Assembly (NCBI RefSeq): GCF_006345805.1
Contig: NC_042997.1
Location: 16,740,001-16,804,000, forward strand
Length of the DNA stretch: 64,000 nt
From: Octopus sinensis
Lineage: Eukaryota
Direction of reading: 5' to 3'
Numbering within the stretch: position 1 is the stretch's first letter; each line of letters opens with the position of its first letter. Of this stretch, positions 27,335-38,504 are shown piece by piece. The notes under the pieces are model-generated. The model did no database searches. It saw nothing but the letters and a program-made list of their open reading frames with translations, and was not told the DNA's origin. Position numbers and translations under genes: made by a program.

Positions 27335-28297
27335 GCATACATACAACTCAGACACACACTTGCTCATGTACACAGGTGGAAACACTTTCACGTACATATT
27401 ACATATTCCTCTTCCCTATTCTCTTTTTTCTATAATCCTCATAACTGCACCCCTCTCTCTTTATCTCTTTCTCATCCTCACTTATATGCATTTGTGAACT
27501 CTTCCTCCCCACTTTGCTATTTCTTCATGTGAGACTTCTCCACATACCACCAAAAAGAAAGGAAAGAAAGTAGAATAAGAGAATAAGTGAAAAAGAACAG
27601 CTTCAAATAATAATCTTTCCCAATACGATATATCTGAAAATCTTCAAAAGTAAACTGAAATAATCTAGGAAACTTTTCATATCTAGAGGTATTTTGGAAA
27701 AGGGAAGAGAGAGAGAGAGTGGGAGAAAAATGTAAGATGGAAATGCTTAATAAATTCCTTTTAACTGCTCTATAATAGATTGTGGTAGAATATAGATAAT
27801 CAGGAATGATTCCTTTTTCTTGTTGATAACAGTAAATGTGTGTGTATGTGTGTGTGTGTCTCCTTATATCAATATATATAAATGTATACATTTGTGATGT
27901 TTGTGTATTGTGTGTGAGTTGTGTGTGTGTGTGTGTACAATTATATGTTTATGGAAGTTGCCAATATATGCATCTATGTGTGTATGCGTGTGTATATATA
28001 TATATATACACACACATACATACACACATATATATACACACACAAACACGCACACTCACCTGTATGTATGCATATATATAGGGTAATTTCAAATATGTAT
28101 ATATATGTATGTAGGTATATGTATTATATATTTATCTGCATATATAATCTCGCATAAGTAATCCAAAATCATAGAGGGGGCAAAAAGAAATGAAAAATCA
28201 ATTAATATTAGAAATATTTGCATTCTGAAAAATATTTTTCCAAAATTGTTGGTAAAGTTTTCAAGTTTTATTCTTTTCTTTTTTAATAAAAGAGACT

Positions 28298-28331
<34 letters not shown>

Positions 28332-28839
28332 TATTAATAATAACAAAATTCTTTTTTTTTTATTTGTTAAAGACCATTTCCAAATATTCATTGTAAACAG
28401 TAGCAGAACTACGCATAATGTCTAAAAGAGATTTAGAACTAAAAAGCAAATTAAGAGAACTAAATTAGATGAATCAGCTAGTTGTTGCAAACAATAACAA
28501 TAGCAACCACAGCAACAGCAGCAGCAAAAAAAAAAGAGAAAATGAATATTGTCATGAAATTAGCCATTGTAGAGGTGGGGTAGAAACAGCAACAAAGAGT
28601 TTAAAAAGAAATATTTTAAAGCAGCACAGAAACCTACACACAAAAAAGCAGCAACAACAACAGCAACAAAAGTATTGCTGTTGCTTAAAAATACAAATGT
28701 TTTCTTATTCTAGCCTTTGCAAAATGACAAAACTTATGGAAAAAAAAAAAGAAACAACAACAAAAAATTAAAACAAAAAAACCCCAAACTCTCATTCACA
28801 TACACATAAAGAAGATAGAATAGTGGAATTATTAATAAG

Positions 28840-28995
28840 AATAGTGTCTGCATGGGGCCTGGGCATTCAGTTGTAAAAACCATGCCAAAACAGACTGTGG
28901 AGCTTGGTACAGTTTTCTGGTTTGCCAGCTCCTGTCAAGCTGTCCGACCCATACCAGGATGGAAAATAGACGTTAAATGATGATGATGATGATCT
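28840..28995 (+). mobile_element. SINE family B, 3' fragment
   Basis: ...cccataccaggatggaaaatagacgttaaatgatgatgat tail. Confidence 0.7.
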
Positions 28996-29015
28996 TACCA
29001 TCATGGGACAATACA

Positions 29016-29055
<40 letters not shown>

Positions 29056-29454
29056 CTATGACTGCATGGTTCTGGGTTATGTATTTTTGATACAAAAGTC
29101 TCTTTGAGAAGTTTCTCTGAGACAAGATATAGTAGCTAGTGCTAGTGCTAAACATGTTTGTATTCACATTATAAACGTGTATATACACCACGCTCTTAAT
29201 TTATAGCCGTTTCAAATGCATATATTAATTTAATTCTAGTCTGAGTAGCTTTTGCACAAATCAGTCAATGTTTTCTTTACTGATTTCTATATAGGAACAA
29301 GTATTTTTCAGCATAGTTTAGTATGCCCAGAGACTAAACCCAGAGACTGAAGAGACTAAATCAGGTTGAAATGCTGTATCAACTAGAACCATTATGCATT
29401 TGTATGGATATTATATACATGTATACATACTGGTATCTATCTATTATATATATA

Positions 29455-30060
29455 TATCATCATCATCATCATAGTCGTTTAACATCTGCTTTCCATGCTG
29501 GTATGAGTTGGACTGTTTGACTGAGGACTGGCGAGCCAGAAGGATGCACCAGGCTCCAATCTGATCTGGCAAAGTTTCTACTGCTGGATACCCTTCCTAA
29601 TGCCAACCACTCCGAGAGTGTAGTGGGTGCTTTTATGTGTTACTGGCACGAGGGCCAGCCAGGCGGCACTGGCAACGACCACGCTCAAATGGTGTTTTTT
29701 ACGTGCCACCTGCACAGAAGCCAGTGCGGTGGCTCTGACAATGACTATGCTTGAATGTTGTTTTTCACATGCCACCGGCACAGGAACCAGCAAGGTGATG
29801 CTGGCAACAGTCATGCTTGAATGGTGCTTTTTACATGCTACTGGCACGGGAGCCAGTCAGTGCCCCTGGCAGCGATCATGCTTGGATGGTGCTTCTAACG
29901 TTCCACTGGCATGGATGTTGATCAGGCGGTACTATCATTGACCATGTCAGCAATTTCGATTTCACTTGCTCAGCAGGTCTTCGCAAGCATAGTTTATTGT
30001 CCAATGAATGAAGGGTACTCATAAATGGACTGATTATACACCACTGGCATAGGCCACATA
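29455..30060 (-). mobile_element. Long SINE family B copy with internal 40-50 bp tandem units
   Basis: (CAT)n tail end at 29460; repeated ...tggtgYtttttacRtgcYaC units at 29625-29910. Confidence 0.75.
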
Positions 30061-30489
30061 TATATTTGGGGTTTTAACCCAATATTTACACACTATATTT
30101 ACAGCTTTATCTGCTTTGGGTTCCACTGTTCAAAATAATTTATCTCATGTTTCTAAACTCTTTTGTTGTAACAATATGTGTGTGTGTGTGTGTGTGTGTA
30201 TGTGTGCACACCTCCTGACTTTATGGTTTCATATACTCTTCATGAAATAATTTCATCAAGTGGATCTTCTGGATATTCAGTCACGTGGACACTCTACGTC
30301 ACACTTCTTTGTCATTGTTTACTATATATACTGATAGCTGAATTCTTAAGGGAAGCTTTTTGTGATAGTTGCACGACTCTCTGAATCCACATCTTATATT
30401 ACTCATTTACCTTTTGCTCAACTCATTAACTCCTGAGTGCTTAAGTGGATTATTCATAATGATGGAAAAACTTCATATAGGTTTATCAG

Positions 30490-30528
<39 letters not shown>

Positions 30529-30729
30529 GTGTGTGTGTGTGTGTATACATATACATACACACACACAAGCATTCACAGACAGACATACACATATATGTGT
30601 ATGTATACATACATGCATGCGTGCATGCATGCATGCATGCATACATACATACATACATACATACATACATACATACATACATACATACATACATACATAC
30701 ATACATACATACATACATACATACATACA

Positions 30730-30792
<63 letters not shown>

Positions 30793-30800
30793 CATATATA
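30490..30800. repeat. Compound (TA)n/(TG)n/(TGCA)n/(TACA)n microsatellite
   Basis: Directly visible. Confidence 0.95.
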
Positions 30801-30856
30801 TATTGTATAACAGTTTGACTCAGTTCCATATTATTTATAGTTATGCAGTGCATGTG

Positions 30857-31213
30857 CATGTGCACATCATCAGATGTTCAAAGCCAGATTAAAGAGAATT
30901 TAAAAGAAATTTAAAATGGCTTCTAGATAAGAGTACTTAGAGTTTCATCATTAAATTGAGGGAATGTGGTTGTTTTAGCTGTCATAGCAATATCAGTTCT
31001 TTCATTTGTAGAGCAGACAGAATGCTGAATAACTAATGCTAGCATTCTGTCTTCTCTACCACAGACATGCCAGTAAAAAAAAAATGATTTTGCTAATATA
31101 GCTATAACAACTTCATGCCCTAGACTAATCAATGAAAGTCTAAATACTCTAGTCTGTAAATTTCTTTTAAATTCTCTTTACTCTGATTCCAAACACCTGG
31201 TGATGTGGACATG
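30857..31213. mobile_element. Foldback/MITE-like element with 57-bp terminal inverted arms
   Basis: Arms 30857-30913 and 31157-31213 are reverse complements at 48/57 positions, ungapped, by manual count. Confidence 0.6.
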
Positions 31214-31801
31214 TTCTATAGCCACGAGTGAGCAGAGAACAGAGGATGATTGATTTGAAAACTAGATACAGGTGTAGTTTGTTAGTCTGATTATCAAAAT
31301 CAGCAAAAGTATTATAAAAGGATTTATATAAAGGGATGCTCTAATTAACTCAGAATAACTTAGTGATGTAGTCACAATCAACAACAATAAGATTGAATTT
31401 GATGAAGATCATTCATTCATGCATTCTTATGAATGACCAAAAAGCCAAAACAAAATCATGCCATTTGGTTGTAAGAACATTCACTCTCTTACACATGCTT
31501 AATATGCATGTCTGTTTTTATAAATAACAAGTGATTGTCAAATTTTGCAAAAGGCTTTGAATAAGAAAACACAGGAAATTTGGTTTATTTTTTTTTACAT
31601 GATAGGCTTTTTTGTAATTTGTTTTTTTTTTTTTAAAAAGCAATACATCAAATATTAGTTGTAAGGAAAAAAGACAAGACTTAATAATCTAATCATTAGT
31701 AATATTCACTATTGCTATTATTACTACTGAAACTACTACAAACATTATTTGTTACTACTCGTATTGTACTGTAACAGAGGAGCAGGAGGTGGTTTACTTA
31801 C

Positions 31802-31987
31802 GGTAGGTATACATCGTTTTAACGTTTACAACACTGTTGGCACCTTTACCAGCTTTTGTTCGAGCCCACACATAGAACCTGTAATTATGATCTCTTTTCA
31901 AGCCTGTAATTCTTGCCCCAAGTGTGGTAGGGTTGTCAATTTGTGGCTTCAAGAGTTCAATTTTGCCATCTGCTTTATTGGAGTCAA
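31802..31987 (-). CDS. Nrg: Neuroglian/L1-family exon C: second half of FN3 repeat 4 (V|DSNKADGKIELLKPQIDNPTTLGARITGLKRDHNYRFYVWARTKAGKGANSVVNVKTMYTY)
   Basis: Found by hand; not in the ORF track in this frame. Acceptor cttcttcaacag| and donor C|gtaagt; 186 nt, phase 1-1, no stops. ITGL....YRFYV.ART.AG.G is the FN3 E-F-G strand signature. Confidence 0.92.
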
Positions 31988-32800
31988 CTGTTGAAGAAGC
32001 AAATCAATAAGTTTAACTGTAGCATTAACACATTAATTAGAAATAAGAACACTCAAAATTAGTGTAGCTTATTGTATTGTCATTATAGATCTTCACATCT
32101 CGATAAACATTTGAAAAGAGCACTGAAATCAAAGTGAATCATTACTGTTAAAATTAAAGCAATCTTGGAACAGCTTGATTAACTTCTCTTGTTGTGGCCA
32201 AGCTCAAGATTAAAGACATTCCAGCTGTAATTGTCTCATATTTATTTTTAGCCACAATAAGTATTTAGAATTATATCACCTAATCTATAGTAAGACATAG
32301 TTTGCAGGTGATATGACTGCTTTTTTCTTGCAAGTCAAGAATCCATATAGAAGCTTGATGATTGGCTCAGACTGTCTGCTGTTTAGTAGGTTGGCTGGTG
32401 CTACACATGAGATTTGCTATGTAAAACCAATCTTACATTTGCATGGTCAAAACTATGCAATCAGTTAATTGGCTCTCTTATTTCTATACATCATCATCAT
32501 AGCTACTAAAAACCAGACTCTCTCCATCACCTGCCTTATTTCCTTTGGTATACTGGATGACTGAAATTTCAGAAGTTCTCTCCTTTGCCTTTTCTTAGAA
32601 CAATTTTGCTTAATGCTGAATATTTTTCTTTTCATTAGAGTTTTAATTTCAATTAAGAATGATTTTTGTTTCACCATCTCAAGAACGATAGCCTGCGCTT
32701 AACTATGCATTCTTTATGTTGAAGGTTCCCTTGGGAAATTTTCAAATATTATATGCAGGCATACATATATATAGTTGAACACATGTATACATATTCATAT

Positions 32801-32847
<47 letters not shown>

Positions 32848-32967
32848 TAAGTACACATATACTGATATATAATTTCATGGACACAAACATACATATCTGT
32901 ATATATTTCCATATATTTATAGTGGCTGCTGTGCTTAGATAAAGGCAAAGAGTGAAATAAAAAATAC

Positions 32968-33090
32968 CTGATTGGTAGCCAATGTCATAACCAAGTAATT
33001 TTCCATTTGGTTCATTTGGTTGTTGCCATTTCAAAAGAGCAAATGTAACTCCATAAGATTCTATTCTTAGATTTTGCACAGGGCCTGGTT
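32968..33090 (-). CDS. Nrg: Neuroglian/L1-family exon B: first half of FN3 repeat 4 (K|PGPVQNLRIESYGVTFALLKWQQPNEPNGKLLGYDIGYQS)
   Basis: Acceptor ttttctttccag| and donor G|gtattt; 123 nt, phase 1-1; joins exon A in frame (GGA A|AA). W..P..PNG.L.GY.I.Y is the typical L1 FN3-4 motif. Confidence 0.92.
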
Positions 33091-34312
33091 CTGGAAAGAA
33101 AAAAAATATTATCAATATTCAAATGTTTGTTTGAGTTTCCTCAAATTTCTTTATATGAAATGAAATTTGATTAAAATTTAATTGTAGGTGGTATTCCATA
33201 TGCAAGGTTGCAGATAACTGTGTATTATGTTGTATCATACTAAAATACATCCAATATACTCTGCTTAGTGGTTAAGATCTGGTAAGAGGATTCTTTTCAC
33301 CACGGCAACCTTCATAGTTTTGGTGCCACAATAAAATACATCCTGTGTATTCTGTAAAGTGATTTATATAAGGAAGAGCATTTGGCCATTGAAATTATGT
33401 TAAAAAAACTTGGACATATGAATGATCTATGGTCTTCTGACTCATCTTGAAGGGAAATAAGTCTGACTAAGAACTGAATTAGACCATGGTGACCCAGTCA
33501 ACTCATACCAGCATGGAAAATAGATGTAAAATGATAATGTTTCAATGCTGTCACATCTGACACTTCAAAAATTTTCTTCGATTTATAATCTAACATAAAG
33601 GTCAGTTCCATCTTTTAACTCTAGCTTAGCCTTGATGTGCAGATTTATAGTCAAAAGGCACTCCAGCTGTGGCAATCTTGACTTTTTGTATATCAGAGGC
33701 TACTTTATCCACTGAGTCCTTCCATATTTTAAGATAGTAGGGTGAAACTTAAGGGAGGTATGACTGCTGTTTTTAGTAAGCTGAGGAGCCACATAGATGC
33801 TCCATTGTTTATTGAATGTTGTAGTATAAGGCTACTAATTTGTAACTATGAAATTGTACCATGGGGTGGTGGTGCTACAGTGTAGTGGTGATGTGTATAT
33901 GACGTACCACTACATTACAATATTTCACTTATTTAGTACCATAGGTTAGTCCTGAATGTTCTGTCCAACATTGTTCCAATATTTTCCCACAGTATTCCTA
34001 TATCAGTAAAATTGTAATATAATATAGTATTGCTGAAATAAATCTAGCTGACTACACACCTTTCATAAAAATGTGTTGTCTGAGTCATTTTAAAGTTTGT
34101 TATTAATATTGTCAACAATGATACTTATGTCAGCAACGTCTTTAAATTTGCCAATGTTACATTCTTCACTATAAAATCAGTTAATGCTACCTATGCTTTC
34201 TTTTAACTCAGTTTTGTCTTTGTAGAATAAATGCAGTTTTTTTTCCTTGTTGGAATATGAAATAAATATGATGAGTAAGAGGCATAACCAATCACAACCA
34301 GACATGATAATG

Positions 34313-34512
34313 TTCATCATCATCATCATCATCGTTTAACGTCCATTTTCCATGCTAGCATGGGTTGGACGGTTCGACCGTGGATCTGGGAAGCCAGAAG
34401 GCTGCACTAGGCTCCAGTCTTATCTGGCAATGTTTCTACAGCTAGATGCCCTTCCTAACGCCAACCACTCCGTGAGTGTAGTGGGTGCTCTTTACGTGCC
34501 ACCTGCACAGGT
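34313..34512 (-). mobile_element. SINE family B, 3' fragment, in the exon A-B intron
   Basis: (CAT)n-cgtttaacgtccattttccatgctagcatgggttggacgg... Confidence 0.75.
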
Positions 34513-35096
34513 GTTATTAAAATATATTTTAAAAACGGTGTACTTCAGCAAGTTAGATTTGTGGGGGTTAATATTTTCTTTGTGTTACAGAAGGTGAATC
34601 ATTAGTGAGACAAGTGAAGAGAAAACATTCTCACATATGAATATTTGAAGATCTACTTTAATTAATCTATAATTTTATCTATGAACCTCCATATCTTTCC
34701 CATCAATATTTTTGCTTTTTTCATCAGTTGAAAGCTTAAATTATGTAGGTATGACCCTTATCTGAATTACTTTGGTTTATAGCCAACGTATACTCTGGGG
34801 ATTATATTATTTATATTGTTTGAAAATGGAGAAATTTGAGATGTAGGTAAAAGACTCTGGTTAATTTTCTTTTGCAGCTGTCATTATGCTCACTGAATAG
34901 GAAACCTAAGGCTACTTTCAGATGAACTTGTTTAAAATGTCAAAATAAACATCAGACTTGTTAAATTTGTTTCACCATCTTTATTTATGTTGGCTCATTA
35001 TTTTGTTTCTGTAGTTGATATTATCCGATCATCTGACAAATAAACAGACAAGTGAGGTTGATTGAAACTATGTTTGGAGTACAAAAAGCTACTTAC

Positions 35097-35340
35097 TTCC
35101 TTCTGGTGTGTGAAAATTTGCAATGTTGCTTGGATGTCCCACAAAGTGTGTATTCATGACACACACTTGGGCTCTCATTGCTGTGTATGCTGGAAGGTTA
35201 GTGACTGTTGCTCGTATGTCTTGTCCTCGGTGATGTGACCGATGATGTCGATGGTCACCACGTTCATTGCTATTTCGGCTCACATAGATATCAACTTCTT
35301 TCATTTCACTTCGTCCTTCACTTGCTTTCCAATATTGTAA
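35097..35340 (-). CDS. Nrg: Neuroglian/L1-family exon A: second half of FN3 repeat 3 (LQYWKASEGR...HFVGHPSNIANFHTPEG)
   Basis: Acceptor tttcttgcag| and donor |gtaagt; 244 nt (phase 0 start, phase 1 end), open frame. 'YW...ATVTNLPAYT.MRAQV.V.N..F.G.PS....F.TPEG' fits the L1-family FN3-3 C-terminus (recalled Drosophila Nrg: YNGRFNGPPSAVIDFDTPEG). Confidence 0.9.
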
Positions 35341-38300
35341 CTGCAAGAAATGAAATATTTCTTTATAATTTTGTTCAATGAGTAAATATGCAAAACTAGC
35401 ATAAACAGAGTAAGTAAAACCAATGAAATCAAAAGAAACATTCTGATATGTATATTTAAACAAAACAACCTATTTTGAGGAAGAATTATAGGAGTATGAT
35501 AACTTTGTGAATAAGAAGTATAATACTGGTCAAGGAGTTAAAAGGTCAAAAATTTCCATCACCATTGCTCTACTTGTTTTAATATACTAATGTTGTTAAT
35601 GATAGCAAAGTTATCCTCCCAGTCTGCTTTGAGAAGATTTATGCTGTTGAATAGGTTCATTTGGGTGAATATGACTGGTTTGGCTTTGGCATATTAAAAG
35701 ATTTTTATAGTATCATGTTGTAGTCACAGAGAAGAGATTCCTCGACTGAAATGTTATGGATGGAACAAGAGTGACTTACTAATATTAGGTGCAGGATATT
35801 CTTGGTTTGACTTGTTGACTCAAGTACATGTTGGTATAGGAAAAATTTATCCCAAAAAGCAATTATGCTGCTTTGTCTGGCATTAAGATGCAAATACATG
35901 GTTTCAGTGTATTTCTAGGCCAGTTCACATAAGGAAAGTTAAAGCCACCCATCACTAATATGTTCTCAGAATTGTGTTTTTAGAGAAAGAACATTGTTTA
36001 GGCACTCTAGAAGACACTGAAGAGGTACTTGATGAGGCCTGTGGAGACCAACTATGATTAAGTCATTAAGTTTATTTTATACTGACACAAATTCACAATA
36101 GTCACTGGAAAATATGTCCTTTGCATCAATGATGAGGAAATAATAGAAAAAAAATACAAATAAAATGACTTCTCCTCCTATCTTTTGACCAGTTCAATCT
36201 GCACAAATGATAGTGGAATTCTTGATTTTCAACTCAATATCCATGTGCGAATTGATTAGGCAAGTCTCCTCTAGGATGAAGACAGATATGCAGGTATGTC
36301 ATTTCAGCAGTCCAACACTCCATATATAGAATCTTTCAATTTTGCATGATGAGTGATGACACATACATTTAATAAGAATGTTGAAACAGATTGTTTGATG
36401 TTTGTAATTTTCTAAGGATCTTGATGTATGTGCTTTCTTATTCAGAAGCAACACTGGAAACATTTTGTGTATAGAGTTAATTATGAGGAGTAATGTTTTG
36501 GTCGATAATGGGTTTGTGTTCCAAGTGCTGTGAGTTGATGGCTGCTGAAAGACTGTTGAATCTGAAGGCTTATACTGACTTTCATATTTTCTAGGGTGGT
36601 CTTTTGTGCAAATGTTTTGTTGTATTTCCTTATTTGTTTGGTGATAGATTTTGTCATAGTTTCTTCTGTCTAATGAAATTCTTCAGTGATTGGTGCTAGG
36701 AGATGCAGTGTGGCTGTATTTTATTTTTGTTGCATTCTTGTGTTGCTGTTTGTTATTGGTCATTTATTTTGTACCTTTCAGATGGTGGTAGTTGCATTCC
36801 AAGTTCAGGCTTTTCCTTATTGACAGAAAGTTCTGGCTATGTGTGTGTACAGTCTCAACAATTCTCTTTGTCCTCTGACTTGAAATTTAACTTTCAGTTT
36901 TATAAGAGGAGCAGTCATTTGTCAATGACTGTCTTTTTATTTTATAATGTTTCCTGTCTAATTCTACTATCTCTGCTTATTTAATTATTAATTATCTCTA
37001 TTTGGCTAACATTTTTTCTCTGAGAATGTTCATCTTTCACTCTTATTATAGCAAGGGCATCTTTCCCTCAGATACATCAACCAAATGTATTTGATCCCTG
37101 CTGTTTTTTACTCAATATTCTTGTATTCAACTTTTCTCATAAATTAACATTTACACATACTTACTGAATGATTGATTATTTTTCAGTTGTCAAAAAAACA
37201 TTTACATTTAGGATTTGCGTTGGGAATGCTTTATTTATGGGGCAGTCAATTAGCAAAGCCATTAGAGTGTTGGATAGAATAACTTGCAGTATTTGTTCTA
37301 ATCCTGCTAAGGTCAACTTTGCCTTTCATTATTTTAGGGTCAATAAGAAAAAAGGTACCAGCCCAGAGTAAAGGATTGGTGAGTAGTTAGAAGGTGGCCA
37401 AAATGTATTGTGGTATTTGTTCCAGTACTTTGTGTTCAGACAGCAAAATCTGTAGCAAGTCTGATGCCAAGCTGCATCAGACCCCAGCTGGTAGCCTTTC
37501 CCTTGGATAAACATTGATGTGAAGAAGAGACACTTGTATGCATGGGTAACTGCTAGTCTTCCTCAAAAACATCTTATCCAGGCCTGAGCTTGCACATGCA
37601 GATAGTATAGTCAACGTTGATTGACAGATCCTACATGTGTGTGAGTGTGTGTATTAAAAGATGGCCAAAGGAGGAGTGGGTAATGCTCAAGACCTTTATA
37701 GCAGGTCCATTCTGATAAATGAAACAGATTTTCTCATGTCCAACCTGAACATCTTCAGGTCAAGTGATTACTGGAAAAATGTAAGCAGAGATGGGGTGTA
37801 CAGTTTGCAAAAGTTATATAATAAAAATTACAAATGCTAGTATAGAATAATACTAAAATTATATAAGAGATAAACATAAATATAATTCAATAAAATGCAA
37901 CAACCTAAGTGTTTTTCAGACTTCTAGTTTCGATAATAATAGTTCAATGTGACAGACATAGCTTCTAACACTTGAGAAAATGAAATACTGTACAAATAAC
38001 CACCTTGCACAGTGATTTACAAACTAAACATTATCTTGAAACTTTGCTAAGTTGTATAACTTATAGATTACTTTCTATAAGGAGAAAAATATCTTTACTG
38101 TCTATGTTGGAAAATTGGTTGAATATCAATTAGGTAGGCAAAAAGAAAATATATTTGACCCTTTTGAGACCATTCCATCTGAAATATTTCTGGTATCAAG
38201 GATATAAAACCTCCTATTTTAAGCATTTTTAAGCTATTGATGCCACTTCCATTACCATCATCATCATTTTAATGTCCACTTTCTCATGGTTGCATGAGTC

Positions 38301-38466
38301 AAACAGAATTTGGTAAGGTAGATTTTCTCTGGTTGGATGCCTTCCTTGTCATTAACCTCCCAGCTGTTTCCAAGCAAGGTAATATCTCCCCGTCACTGGA
38401 CATGTTTTTTTTACAGAAGATTGGAAACAAATAATGTTTGCTCATGGCCATCACATGTCAAGGCAA

Positions 38467-38504
<38 letters not shown>

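Noticed and set aside
35780-35876. Possible 97-nt minus-strand exon (QSSIIAFWDK...LHLIL) with a GTAAGT donor and phase-0 end matching exon A
   Set aside because: Lacks the G.F.GY segment expected before LQYW, has a weak acceptor and is not FN3-like. The true upstream exon is probably beyond 64000.
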